A DNA stretch of 64,000 nt from Heteronotia binoei (taxonomy: Eukaryota), in NCBI RefSeq assembly GCF_032191835.1, contig NC_083239.1, positions 13,640,001-13,704,000 of the forward strand. Direction: 5' to 3'. Under the pieces are notes generated by a model that was not told where the DNA came from, did no database searches, and was given only the letters and a program-made list of their open reading frames with translations. Shown here piece after piece: positions 1 to 13,340 of the stretch; position 1 is the first letter of the stretch, and each line of letters starts with the position of its first letter. The translations under genes were made by a program, and so were the position numbers.

Positions 1-708
1 ATATTTAGCTATGGCTGTCACAGGAAGGGGGCTGTGTTTCAACAGAACTTAGATTCCATGCTCAATAAAACTCTGCTGCAATGCTTCCTAGCTCCTGGCT
101 CTCACACTGAGAGACCACTTTACCTCTTCTTCTTGAGCCTCTCCCAGACCCCACCTCATGTAACCCCCTTCCCCTCCAGTTAGCAGCTGAGACATTGACT
201 CACATATCCTAGCTCAAAGTTAGAACTTTTAGAATCCCATTCTGAAGGCAGAACTACATGCGACTCCCATAGCAGAGGTGTATAGAGGTGTGCAATGCTT
301 ACTCTTTGGGATCTCCTTGCACACATTTTCTTTCTGCATTTTAAAAAAATGTAGAGAGGATTCAGTGACTACAGATTCTATTTCCTTGGTATGCACACAG
401 CCCAGCTCATAGTGATGTCTGTAGCATTGGGGTGGGGGGAAGGAAAGGGGCGGTGGGAGAGTGGGGGAATTCTTTGTAACGTTACAGGAAACTGCTCTGA
501 TTTTTGCAGGGATGCTTGGGGAGGAGTGGAGAAGTTTGATAGTTGACTTCAGGATACATTGGCAATTTCTAAATTATTGGTCAGCAAACAAATAGTTTGT
601 ATCTGCTACATGTTCTCCATTTTACCATTTTTGATTGGCAACTCTGTAGTTTAATAATCATGAAGATTAATGGAAAGAAGCCAACACAGAGCATCTTTTG
701 ATGACTAA

Positions 709-816
<108 letters not shown>

Positions 817-2003
817 TAAGATGGGCAGTGGGACTAGGAGAGAAGGCCCTTTTGGGGCAGGGAGAGTATTGGTGCCTAGTGATTGGTTGCTTTTCTGAGC
901 TATGAAAAGTGGAGTGGAGAAACAGTTCTGTATATCTGATGGCATGGAAAGTCAATGGAGCCTCATATTTCACTTAGGCTATTGCACACTATTTTGCACA
1001 TTGTCCTGGGAGGAGGGCACTATGCTACAATGAAACTGGTTTAATTACAAAGATTTCCTATTGAACAGGCAGTTATGAAGGACACTGGTACCCCTCTACA
1101 ATGTTTACCCTTTGTGTTCCCCTACATATATCTGAACTGACCTCCCTTCTGTCCCAGGCTGCTTGGGCTGGCTTACACATGACCTTATCACTTGATGGCA
1201 AATGTGCAAATTAAGAGCTCAGTTGATGCATATTACCTGAAATCCAGTGTTTTTCTGTGGACTAGATTCACTCATTCAGCTGCTAATCAAGTGTACAGTC
1301 ACTAAAGAAGACATTAGATAGTAGTGGGTGAGTCGTATATCATCTTCTGTATTAAATTAGAAGAACATGCCATACCCCCCAATTACTTTTAAAACTAGTC
1401 TGTAAGAGAAAATACTACCCATCTTTGGAGAATTTTGTCTCTTGGGTTTCTGCTTCTGGACTTAGCCCTCGATTTGGAAGGACATGGGCCTGGAGCAGTA
1501 ATTCATGCAGAGGAACAGCAGTCGATCTCTGCTGAATATCTCCGCTACAATTCAGTTGGCTGATTGTTCACAAGGAATGATTTGATACTCCAACTGGCTT
1601 CCAGCGTAGGCAGAGTGGAAGGAAATGAAGTTGGAGCAGTAAATATTTTAATTGTTGCTTTTATGTTTTTGTATACATTTTGGCTCTGGCCTTTAGTCAT
1701 TTTAATGGTATGGTATTTGTTGGTTTTAAAGATGTGATTATTTTATGTATGTTTTTAATTTGTTAGCTGCCTTGGTTGCCCTTATGAAGACAGGATATGA
1801 ATTTTATAAAATGAATTTCACAGGGTTGTAGTAGGCAGTTTCTTCTAGGGGGGAATGCTTTGGGATCCTAGAAGCCTTTTAACTCTGTAATTTCTTGCAG
1901 CACACTGGGGCACCCACCCCATAGTTTTGTAATGATTGTAGTCTGTGCTCTTCCCAGTGAGAGTATAGCCATCACTTAGCAGCCACTATTTCCTCTTGCA
2001 TAG

Positions 2004-2151
2004 GTTCCCCCTGCAGTTGGAGAGTGGCCAGACTGTGGAGTGCACAGTAGCACAATACTTCAAGCAGAAATACAACCTGCAGCTCAAGTACCCCCACCTG
2101 CCGTGTCTTCAGGTTGGCCAGGAGCAGAAGCACACGTACTTACCTCTGGAG
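2004..2151 (+). CDS. AGO1: AGO1 coding exon 8 ([52 protein letters not shown])
   Basis: tag|g acceptor and gag|gtgaag donor; 148 bp; phase matches exon 7. Confidence 0.97.
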
Positions 2152-2871
2152 GTGAAGGCACCTTCTGGGAACAGGGGATGCTTGGTAGAATTTTGCTCTT
2201 CCCGTTGCATCACGTGTGTGTGTGTACACACACCTGTTGCAGCTGTTTTCTGAAAACCTTTATCCCATAGACAAGGGATCCCTAACGTGATGCCGACCAA
2301 GTGTTTTTAGAAAGTGGGTGAGGTCAGCAGACCTTCTGATTGGCTACTGGGAATCTGACAGATACTGACAGATGAGTGCTTCTTAGCTAGATCAATATCT
2401 ATTATTTGTGTATGTAAAGCAGTATGTTCATTTTAAAAGGAATCCTGTTAAACAGAGCTCCTGCTGGAAATACTGAAGAGCAACAGTCAGTTATGCATAA
2501 CCCCCCTAACATTTTGTTCGGCTCCACCTCCTGTGACAACCATTCCGTGATTGTGCCCACACCCTGTGTCAGATTTCCAGAGGTGCCTACTAACTCAAAA
2601 AGGTTGGGGCCCCTGCTGTAGATGGTTCAGGGGTTTTTTTGCCTCGGCCATCAGGTGTGTGGGTTACAGCATCCTCAAGTAGTCTGGATGGGCTTTTGAT
2701 CAAAGGTCTCTAGCTTTTTATTGTTGATGTTACTAACTGCAGTTACTGATCAGTTTTAAGGGGGTATGTTTGTGACAGTTTCATTATTATAATACTTTTT
2801 GGGGATAGGGCTATATTGAACTGAAGCACAAGACAGAATATTTGAATTACCTGTGTTGCATGCTTTGCCAG

Positions 2872-2991
2872 GTGTGTAACATCGTGGCTGGCCAACGTTG
2901 CATCAAGAAACTAACAGACAATCAGACCTCTACCATGATAAAAGCAACTGCAAGGTCGGCCCCGGATAGACAAGAGGAAATCAGCCGGCTG
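2872..2991 (+). CDS. AGO1: AGO1 coding exon 9 ([40 protein letters not shown])
   Basis: ccag|gtg acceptor and ctg|gtacgt donor; 120 bp. Confidence 0.97.
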
Positions 2992-5076
2992 GTACGTTTC
3001 TCTCATCCATCTGTTGTTGTGGGAGGGAAGCAGGAACTGTGAATTGGAAACTTTGTAGGGCTGGTTTTTGGCAGGTGGGCTGAGGAGCTAATGGAATGTA
3101 GCGGCTATGTGTCAGGGAACAGGGCTACATGATGGGAATTCAGTTAGCTGGAATTTCTGTTAACTCGCTGAATGACCTTCAGCCCTGTTCTTTAGCCTCC
3201 CTAACCTGCAGCAATGACCATGCACGGTTGTCAGAAGGAATACAGCATTGATGATATATGTGAAGTTCTTTGAATGCTCTATGGCACTGAACAAATGCTG
3301 CTGTATTGAGAACTTGTTGAATTCTGCAGGTACAGGGTGGGGCAGCTTGTTTCCTTGGGTTGTTCGGTAGTACTGTTGTGAAAAATGTAGCTTTCATTTT
3401 TAAAGTCTCTAATGGTTCCTCATGGTTCCAGAATTAAGAACATAATAAATGTCTACTAGATTCGACCATTTGTTCCAACTTCCTGTTTCATTCAGTGACC
3501 ATTCAGCTTCAGCTTTCATTCTCTTCTCTCTTCGCGTTGCAAAGTGAAAGCTGCTGAGTCATGGTGTCTGCTCCCATAGAACAGTATAGGAGCTTCATGG
3601 TTGGCTCTCATAGCTGCCAATTAAGCTGTGGACAACTGCTATGGGTGTTTTTCGGGCTCCCAAAAGACCACCCCCAGTGTTGCCTAGGAAGTGACTGAAT
3701 CAGCGCTAGGCTGTCTGGTGAACAAACTGCAAAAATGAATCAAATGAACCACCAAGGAAAACAGGTGATTCATTTTCCGTTTTGGGCATGGCATGACCAA
3801 ATGAATTGGTTCAAAATGAACCACAAACCATGGTTTGTTTTGGGTCTGTGCCCATGTCTACTTAACCTCAAGTTCAGGCACACATGGGACCGTGCTTGTG
3901 TAAGCCTGCTGTGGAGATCTTTTTCTCTGAAAGCTCACTAGAAAATCTGGAATGCTCAGCCCCCTCCCACCATGGGCTGGCTCCTTCTTTCCCAGATGAC
4001 ACATGGCAGGGCAGGGCAAGCACTCCTTCCCCAGTCCTTTCTTTGCCACCATGGAGACTGGATGTCTTCACTGATTTTCACAAGTTTTTCTTTGTAATTT
4101 CCCCTCCTCTATTCACCTTCTTACCTTTGTCTCTTCACTCTGTTTCATTCCTGCAAAAGGAGGGATTTGAAGGAGGACTTTATTATGGCTCTCTTCAAAA
4201 AGTGCATTGAATGCGCCCTAAAAATGGCTCAGTCAGATGACCGTGACCGTTCTCTTCTATGCCTGGGTGAGGCCCACAACCACTCTGTTGTTCTGTTTGG
4301 AAGTACCGTAGTTGACTCTAAAGGCTCACTTGAGCTGGCTTTCCAGACTGAAAGCTGCCCTTTGGGAACCAAAGCTGGTCATCAGAACCAGACTACTAGG
4401 CCTGTAACCCCATTCAGGGTCAGCACTGTCACTGTTGGGTCCAAAGAAATCCATGGGGGCACATAGCAACTTGGAACCATCACTGCAAAAAAAGAAGCTG
4501 AAGTCAAAGCATTAGACTTCTCGTCACTCCTCCACCCAACAAGGAATTGATCCATCTTGTACCAAAATGAGAGAGAGAGAGAGAGAGATTGGATTTATGG
4601 GCCACCCTCTGACTTCCTGATTGTCATTGTCCCCTTCATCCAACAATGAAGTAATTGAGGTCAAACAGCCCCCCCCCCGCCCCCAGTCTTTTCCTGGAGC
4701 TGAGGCTCTGTCAGCTAAATGGTGCCATAAGTCTTTGGGGGTCTCTTTGGCCCTACAACACTGGGGACTGCCAGCTCCGCAGTGGTTCCAGTACACCCCC
4801 ACCGCCTATGTACTGGCCTACTCAGTGGGAACAACAGCCTAGCACCTTTCATGAAACCGAGCTCGCAGTCATGCCATGCTCCTTCATCAGTTCCATTCAC
4901 TATGGAGCTGAGTCTGTTGCAGCTACTGCATAAATTATTGTGCTCTGGTATCATCCTTCCTGAGCTAAGACGAAAATCTGTGAGCTAGAGGCTAAAAATC
5001 TGTGAGCTAGCTCACGCTAACTCAGCTTAGAGGGAACACTGTACAGAATACACACACACACTCTAAAGAGAGAGAG

Positions 5077-5628
5077 TGTCATGTTGTCAGGGTGCAGGCA
5101 GGCAGGAGTCCAAAGCCAGTCCAAGGTCAAAGTCCAGGAAGTCAAGCAGGAGCCAAGTCACCAATGCAGAATCACAAACCAGAATCAGAAGTCAGTGTCC
5201 AAAAGCCAAAAGGTCAGGGTGCCAAGGAAATCAAGCAGGTCAGGATCAGGAATTAGGAAGGAGCGTGGATGCAACCCAGAGAATAGACTTGTTGCTTCCA
5301 CAAGGTTACTGGATCCTTGGTGGGAGCTATATGGGAGTCTCAATCAGTCTGCTCCCTGGGTGTCAGCGACTCTGCTAGAACTCAGGGCTGAGAGATCTAA
5401 AGCATCGGCGTGCCTCATGTCTTCGCTCTGAAAGTTCTTTCCAGAGCCTGCTTCAAACTCTTGAGATGGGAGGAGGAGAGCTTGGAGGAGATTGATCGTC
5501 AACAGCTGACACTGGTGCCTGGAGAGTGATTGATGGGCCAGCTGATGTTTGTTGGAACTGAGGAACTGGCTGGCAACTCTTCCAGGTCTGTTAACCCTTC
5601 CAGCTCCTCCTTGTCAGGGCTCATGACA
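5077..5628. mobile_element. Solo LTR nested in the DIRS element
   Basis: TGTCATG...CATGACA termini; 552 bp; sits in an (AG)n run with a near-perfect 5-bp TSD gagag/aagag. Confidence 0.7.
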
Positions 5629-6801
5629 AAGAGAGAGAGAAGAGCGCCTAGGGAAAGCCTTCCAACTGGCTTGGCAAGGAATTCTTCTATGCCTTTCCCC
5701 TAATTCCCCTGCTAGGGAGAGTCCTCACCAAGATTTGGGAGGACAAGTCCAGTTGCATTCTGATGCACTGTTCTGGCCAAAAGGGTATGGTTCCCAACAC
5801 TGCTTTCTAACTCTTCCCACGGTGTCAGACCTGCTCCATATAGGGCCTCTCTTGTACTAAAATCTCTAGTCCTTGAACCTAATGGCCTGGTTCATACACA
5901 ATCAGTAGAGTGGTGCAGGTGTTACTGTCCTCTATGTACTCCTCAATAAGGAAATCTTAAGCTGTTTAATGGTCCAGATTTTCCTGAGACCTCCACCCTG
6001 AATCCTGCCGATTGCATTATATTTTTGAATACTTGCTGCTGTTACCTCAAAGTCCATCCATCATCCATTTCAGCCTTCCATGACCCCATTGCAAATTTTT
6101 CAGGGGGGGGGGGGCCCAGCCCCAAATTCCAAAAAGTTTATTTGATTTACACCCTCTGGCACCCTCTCCCATTTCCCAGCGGACCTTTCATTGGTGCTCT
6201 CTGCATTGATGATCAAGCCCTTTGATCCCCTTGCTACACGCAACGTATCCTTCTTCTCTTATAATGTAGCCTGGCAATCACCTTCTACTGAAGGGTAGGA
6301 GAACTCAGGGCTTTGTGGTCTTCCCTGTCCTTTACAAGGTTTCATCCTGATAAGATTGTTCTCCACCCTGGTCTGGAGTTCCTCTGAAGGTTTTGTCCTC
6401 CTTTCATGTTTCCTGCAACATAGTTCTGCCAGTGTTTTTCCCTTCCCCACATCAGACAAGGAGCAAACACACCTACACCCACATTAGATGTTTGTAGGTA
6501 ACTACTTCTTTACTTAGACCATATGGCATCATTGTAGAAGAAGGACAACCTACTGGTTTGCTTTGCCGTCCCCCACAAGGGCCAGATAGCCTCCTCTCAA
6601 ACCATATCACACTGGGTTGTCAAAGCCATTCAGTTGTAATATTCTGCCTCCAGAATTGATTGCCTGCTCAATCTCAGGGCTTACTCAGTCAGGTCTCAAT
6701 TTTCTTCTGTAGTCTTCCTTAGCTATGAACCCTTAGACATCATCTGCAAGGCAGCCACCTGGTCCTCCTCATCAACATTCATAAAGCACTATGCAGTTAA
6801 T

Positions 6802-7594
6802 TTTTTTTACATTTTTTTTATTTTGTAATATAACTCATGTTATTTCTCCATCTTACATTCTTACAATATCTTACATTCATATTACAGATCCATCAATTAC
6901 CTCCCTCCTCCCACCCCTCCCAAATTGACCATTATAGAATTCATTTATATTTTCAACCACATGCACACCCTTTGGAGCCTGAGCCTTATTTCATTATTGG
7001 CCCCTCTTGTTTTTTACCTCTCCTTGCTTTCCTTGTTTTAGTATTGATAATATATCTGACTGAATCCATTCGTATAAATAACTGTTCCATTTATCCGAAG
7101 TCAATTTTGTGGCATCTTTCCAACCAAATGCTATGACAGCCTGGGCTGCCAAAATCATAGCCTTAAATATCTCTTGGAAAGGCTTATCCACTTTAGAATT
7201 CCCCAATATTCCCATGAATAACACCTTTCCCGAAAGTTTCACTTTAACTTTACACACTTCTTGCACCTTTCCCAAAATCTTCTGCCAGAATTCAGCCACT
7301 TTTGAACACTCCCACCATAAATGCACATAATGTCCTTTCTCCTTTTTGCAATGGCAACAATTGGATCTCAATCCCTTAATCAGATATGCTAATTGAGCCG
7401 GTGTTCTATACCATTTCCAAATTAATTTCATTTCTAGTTCTCTAAATTTTTCCAGTTTTATATCATTATGTTGAAGCAACAGAAATATTCTGGAATATTT
7501 AAGGATGATACCTTGATGGAAGAACTGTATAGAAGTAGGAAAGATGACAGAAAAGGTCTAACTATCGGAACAGGAGATAAAGTAATGAGAAATA
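6802..7594 (-). mobile_element. 5'-truncated L1-clade LINE (ORF2 C-terminal CCHC region) with exact 15-bp TSD
   Basis: ORF 6994-7479(-) contains CCHC..GHYVHLWWEC; T-run at 6801-6808 is the poly(A); TSD CACTATGCAGTTAAT at 6787-6801 and 7595-7609. Confidence 0.88.
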
Positions 7595-8953
7595 CACTAT
7601 GCAGTTAATCTTGATTTCAGACAGAATGCAGCTGTGAGGAAAGTGGTTCTTCAGTTCTTATTTTGCTGAAGATCCCACTCTCACCTCCTACTGGTAAGTC
7701 AGATTGCTATTCTCCCATGTGGGACTGCACAGAAGCCAGGAAGATGAAAACAAGGTTGCACTTAACTGTAACTATTGTTCATCAAGTGGTCTTCTGTGCA
7801 GGCTCACATCCTTCTCCCTCCTTTCCCCCTGTGGGATTCTTGCACTCTTGAGTTCTTCCATGGCAGTGAGAAGGGACTGAGAGAAGGAGCACTCACCTTG
7901 CCTCATCACATGTCAGCTAAGTGGGAAGGAGCTGGCCTGTGAAGGGAGAGTGCTCTGAACATTTTAAAGAGCTTTTAGAGAAAAAGATCTCTGCGTCAGG
8001 CCTGCATAATCACCGTCCCATGTGTGCCTGCACAGAAGACCACTCGATGAACATCAGTTACAGGAAAGTGCAACCTTGTTACCTTCAGTCATGGTCTCAG
8101 ACAATTAAGAACCCATATTTAAAGTTAGCATTTTTTGTTCCAGTGTGCATTCTCTTACACTTAACGACACTGAACTTCATTTGCCATGTTAAACACTCAT
8201 TGTTGGGAGTTTTTTTACAAGGAAATGGTGCATATGAAGTCCCAGGATAAGTCATAAATATACCAAAGAGCAGTCTGCACAATTGTCTTTATGTATTGGC
8301 ATAAATCTGTGCATGGTTTGCACTTGGATTCATAGCAACTGCTCACCTCTTTTATTTCCCTTCCATAAAGCTCTATGAAGCCATCTTTGCCAACCATTCC
8401 CTTCACATACAGGTTGTTCTAGCATCTCACCTACCCTGCCAGTAGATCTTACCTTAAAGAGTGCATTTTTCTTTTTTGAACGGCTGTATTTGGCTACATA
8501 CCAAACCACATTTGGCTTTGGAGCGATAGATTTCTGACCTGTGTATTACATCTGTCAGGAGCAATCAGTTCCAGACAAGATGTGTGCATGTCTGTGTTCT
8601 CAAGACCTTGAGGAGTGATGGTCTACAGCTGAAGTATGCTTGCTTGAGTTCATCTGTCTTTCCTGCAGAATCACTGAGGGGCACACCTTGGATGAGGTGA
8701 TAGAATCCCATGACTTCATGAGTGGAGTTTCCTGACATACCTTGGCAAAAACCAGCACCATAATCTTCCAGTGGCTCTCCTTGGAGTCTCCACTGGCCAA
8801 TGTTAGGCTGGTAGTTTCCCTCTCTTGTCTTAAATGATACGTGATGTCTTGTATAACCTATATTTTCCCCCTCTACTGGCAGTTTTGTTTTCTGCTCACA
8901 TACCTGCCAGCACACTTTGTTCTGTATGGTGTAACTTAATCTCTGTCTTTCAG

Positions 8954-9076
8954 ATGAAGAATGCCAGTTATAACCTGGACCCGTACATACAGGAGTTTGG
9001 CATAAAGGTGAAGGATGACATGACCGAAGTGACAGGGAGAGTCCTTCCAGCTCCCATCTTACAGTATGGAGGTCGG
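8954..9076 (+). CDS. AGO1: AGO1 coding exon 10 (L2 linker, [41 protein letters not shown])
   Basis: tttcag|atg acceptor and cgg|gtaagc donor; 123 bp; [16 protein letters not shown] is AGO1-type. Confidence 0.97.
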
Positions 9077-9258
9077 GTAAGCAGAAATGAAACCAGCTGG
9101 ATGTTGTGTTGTCTTGGCTTGTCAAAGTGGTGGTGGGCATGGGGCTGGGTGAGTTGGGGGGAAGTGATTGTAGAAAGCAGTGTTGTGATGCTTGTCTTGG
9201 CCATGATGAGGTTTGGATTCCTGAAATAATCTTTCTTCAAAGGTTATGCCTGAATAAG

Positions 9259-9578
9259 TTTATTTATTTATTTATTTATTTATATTGGAATTTATACCCC
9301 GCCCTTCACACCGAAGTGTCTCAGGGCGGCTTACAACATAATAATTTAATACTACAATTTAAAACACTTACAAGTAGAATTAAAACCATAAATTAATAAA
9401 AACAAGATAGATAAAACCGGCGGTCTACAGATGCATTTCGTTCCATCCAAAAGATTTCCTTGTCAGTCAGTATTATAGGCCTGCCGGAAGAGGGCTGTCT
9501 TACAGGCCCTGCGGAACTGCCCTAGGTCCCGCAGGGCCCGCACCTCCTCCGGCAGCTGGTTCCACCAATAAGGTGCCG
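9259..9578 (-). mobile_element. L2 LINE 3' fragment
   Basis: (TTTA)n tail, tcagggcggcttaca motif, similarity to the other L2 copies in the window. Confidence 0.65.
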
Positions 9579-10282
9579 TTTCTCTTTGCCTTTTATTTAT
9601 CTGCCATCATATGCATACCTGCTTGCTTGTTCGATGTAATTGAGATAGGCGTGTGTGTGGTGATTACATTTAATGGCTTTCCAGACCCTCTTATTCTTCT
9701 TTTGTCTGAACATACTGAACCTTAATTATGTCCTGAGCATATGATTTGGGGAAAGGCAGCTGGCAAACTGAGTCCCTTTTTTTTGCTTTAGAGTAGATGG
9801 CATGGTTGGCAGCTTATTTGAACCAGAACTTGTGGCCCTTCCAGATACCAAAAGCTGTCCAGGAAACACACAAGACCTGGAAAACAGCCTTTTCTGCCTT
9901 GTTTCCCTGTTCATTTGAAAATCTCCTGGAACCTAACTGGTTTCAAGTCCTCTCTTTGGATTGGTGGGGAAGCCTTATATAACTTGGGCCAGGCCCACAC
10001 CAGCCTCACTATTGGTGAGCTGGTGTCATCCAGTTGTGCTTCTTACTCCCTTCAGCCTAGAATACATCAAGAAATGTGCCAGAAGAGTAGATTTCTCTTA
10101 GGATGAACTCCTCTGGGGAGGAGGATGGCCTCCTTGACACCCCTCCCCTTCTCTTTAAGTGACTTGGTATTGGCTGCGGGTTGGTCTCATTGTAAAAGTC
10201 GATGCTGGATGAACCATATCTTGACAGACCAAGCTTTCCTTCAAGAAAGTAGATGTGTAATCTTATTTTTTTCCCCCTACAG

Positions 10283-10416
10283 AACCGGGCTATCGCCACA
10301 CCTAACCAGGGTGTCTGGGATATGAGGGGGAAGCAGTTTTACAATGGCATTGAGATCAAAGTCTGGGCCATCGCCTGTTTTGCCCCTCAGAAACAGTGCA
10401 GGGAAGAAGTGCTGAA
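10283..10416 (+). CDS. AGO1: AGO1 coding exon 11 ([45 protein letters not shown])
   Basis: ctacag|aac acceptor and aa|gtaagt donor; 134 bp; read manually. Confidence 0.96.
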
Positions 10417-10704
10417 GTAAGTGAGATGGGAACTGGAGTGGGTTGTATCAAAATAAGGTGGTGCTGAGATCCTGCTGGATTGGGGGAGGGGGGAGATGAC
10501 TTGTTATGAGTTCTTGTCTCTGCTGTCTTTGTTAATTTTGCTGCTGTTTTGAATGTATACAAAATAACCCCTGTGTATTAGCCAACATCATAATGGTAGT
10601 GGAGGGCAGAGTCCATGTTGTGTCACCAAATTTGGCTTTTTGAAGAGGCTTTAGTAGAGAGGCGGGAGATTTGAGATGTGCTTAAAATTTTACTCAGAGC
10701 CTTA

Positions 10705-11210
10705 TGAACGTAAGAAGAGCCCTGGTGGATCAGGTCAGGAGCCCATCTAGTTCAGCATCCAGTCTCACTTAGTGGCCAACCAATTTCCCTGGAGGGCCAG
10801 TAGTAGTAGGGCATTGAGGCTGAGGCCTTCCCCTGATGTTGCCTTCTGGCACAGGTATTCACTGCCTGTGAATGGGAATGTTCCCTTTAGCCATTGTGCC
10901 TAGCAGCCACTGATAAACCTATCCTCCATGAATCTAATTCCCTTTTAAGGCTACACTTGTGGCCTTTGCATTATCTGGCAGCAAATTCCACATTTTAATC
11001 ACTCATTCTTATCCCAGAATCTGCTGCCCATCAACTTAATTGAATGCCTTTCAAGTTCTAGAGTTTTGGGAGAGAAAGTTTTCTCTGTCATCTACCCTGT
11101 GTATAATTTTATAAACCACTTACTATTCTCTTTTCTAAACTAAAAAGTTCCAGACTCTTCGAAAGGTGCTCTGAACCTTTAACCATCTTGGTTGCCATCT
11201 TCTGTACTTA
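10705..11210 (-). mobile_element. Degenerate CR1 LINE 3' fragment
   Basis: CR1-type 3' tail; the reverse strand shows a remnant of the LGLFSLEK motif near 11135-11160. Confidence 0.6.
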
Positions 11211-11682
11211 AACATTGTCCTGCTCTTAGAGGACAGATTAGAATTCCATATCATGCCCTGTCCGGAATCAACTTGCCAAATGATGTAGAGAAATATAGAA
11301 ATGTGGGTACATCTGAATATGCCTGAGAAAACCTGAGAAGTACCTGTTTATTTCAGACTTCTTTGTTTCATTTGAGGGAATCAACTGGAAAATAATTCCA
11401 GATTTCTTGTGGGAACTTGTGAAATGCTGATTGTGCTGCTGTGGGAATAGCTTGTGCCCTGATAGGCATGTCCCTTCTCTTTGGATTTACTGTTATGATA
11501 AACAGCTGCATTTGCCTGTTCAGTTATGGCCAGAATTATTGCAAGGGTTCCAAAACGTATGAAGTGCATAGATGCTGTTCAGCTAATGGATGAGGTGTTT
11601 CTTTCCAAACTTGATTTCACAGCACAGGGGAAAGAAAGTCTTCTTTGGCATTCTACAGCGCCCCGCCCCCTGCACATGTAGC

Positions 11683-11840
11683 TCAGTTTATGGGTTCAGC
11701 AGCATGCTGTATGCCAACCCCTATTTCATTCAGTTTATGGGTTCAGCAGCATGCTGTATGCCAACCCCTATTTCATTCAGTTTATGGGTTCAGCAGCATG
11801 CTGTATGCCAACCCCTATTTCATTCACCCCTATTTCATTC
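11683..11840. repeat. 47-bp minisatellite, 3 identical copies plus a partial
   Basis: Unit tcagtttatgggttcagcagcatgctgtatgccaacccctatttcat starts at 11683, 11730 and 11777. Confidence 0.95.
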
Positions 11841-12299
11841 ATACTAGTCTGGGGGTGAGGAAGCTTCAGGTCTGCAGAAGAGCAGGTGGTAGGCTTGAAG
11901 CAAGAAATTCTAAAGAACTGCCAAAAGGCTAGGAGTGTCAAATCCTTGCATATTGTCTAGTAGCCAGTCAGGGGAGATGCTCTATACCAGCAACTGCTAC
12001 TTTTAATACATTCAAGCTTTTACCACCACCACCTTTTTTGGCTATGGGTTTTAGAAATCTACCATTTTTATTTAAATCTGTATATCGAATAGATCTGCTG
12101 CTGCTGCTGCTACTACTACTTTTATTCGATATACAGAATTGCTGAATATTCAGTATATACTGAATACAAATTAAAATGGTAGATTTCTAAAACACCGATG
12201 GCATCCTGGTGAATTTGTTCTTTGTCCAGTTTATGGGAGCATATCGGGGTGGGGGGGGGAGGAGAGGAAAAGGTGCCAGCCATTGCTGTCCTCAATCAA

Positions 12300-13340
12300 A
12301 AACCTGGTAGAACATCTCTCCCTTACAGGCCCTGCAGAATTGCATAAGATCCCATAGGGCCTAGATGTCATCTGGCAGAGAGTTCCACCAAGTTGGGGCC
12401 AGAATTGAAGAAGAAGATGATATTGGATTTATATCCCGCCCTCCACTCCGAAGAGTCTCAGAGCGGCTCACAATCTCCTTTACCTTCCTCCCCCACAACA
12501 GACACCCTGTGAGGTGGGTGGGGCTGGAGAGGGCTCTCCCAGCAGCTGCCCTTTCAAGGACAACTCTTGTGAGAGCTATGGCTGACCCAAGGCCATCTCA
12601 GCAGGTGCAAGTGGAGGAGTGGGGAATCAAACCCGGTTCTCCCAGATAAGAGTCCGCACACTTAACCACTACACCAAACTGGCTCTCAAATTGAGAAAGC
12701 TCTGGCCCTTGTTGAGGACAGCCGGACCTCTTTAGGGCTGAGGATCACCAGCAAATTGCTGCCGGCAGAGGATAATGCTCTACCAGTGAGATAACGGAGG
12801 GGATGGTCCCACAGACTGCTCAAGGCCTTAGAGGTCAAAAACAATGCTTTGAATCTGACTCAAACAGAAGCCAGTGTAGCTGGCGCAGCACTGGTTGTGT
12901 ATGGGCCGTCCGTGGCATTCCTGCTAGGATTCATGCTGCTGCATTCTGGACCCATCGGAGTTTCCAGGTCAGTCTCAAGGGTGGGCCAGCATAGAGGCAG
13001 TTACGGTAGTCTGTATGGAGGTGACAGTCGCATGGATCGCTGTGGCTAGGTCCAAACGGCACAGGAGGGGGGCCAATTGCTGAGGTTAGCGAAGATGAAA
13101 AAACGCCACCGTGGCAATGTGCGTAACTTGAGCCTCCCATGTCACACCCAGGCTCTCGTATTAATGGTGCCCCATCAAGGACTGGTAAACTAAGCTCCAG
13201 TCCCATTTCCCCCACAGGACCTCCATCTTTCGTGGATTCAGCTCCAGCCTGCTCTTTCTTAGCCAGCCCACCATGACCTGTAGGCCCGTAGCCAGATCTT
13301 GTGGGACGTTATCCAATCAAGAGGAGATATAGCTGGGTGT
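12300..13340 (-). mobile_element. L2 LINE fragment interrupted by a SINE
   Basis: Minus-strand ORF ending KLRWVQNAAA (L2 RT C-terminal motif); continuity broken at ~12409-12688. Confidence 0.7.
12409..12688 (-). mobile_element. MIR/Ther1-derived tRNA SINE (Squam3-like), full length
   Basis: Reverse strand begins gccagtttggtgtagtggttaag (A-box) and has the B-box gggtttgattccc; possible TSD AATTGA at 12403-12408 and 12689-12694. Confidence 0.85.

Larger units (their letters stand above)
3875..8085 (+). mobile_element. Decayed DIRS1-like tyrosine-recombinase retrotransposon (AGO1 intron 9)
   Basis: Inverted terminal repeats 3875-3987 and 7925-8030; internal complementary region ~7713-7809; gag N-terminus MALFKKCIEC..CLGEAH at 4185; FYAFP methylase-like segment ~5685; recombinase C-terminus ~6262-6800 ending ICKAATWSSSSTFIKHY. 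Confidence 0.85.

Noticed and set aside
8565-9140. 191-aa antisense ORF over exon 10
   Set aside because: No domain similarity; a shadow of the exon plus intronic sequence
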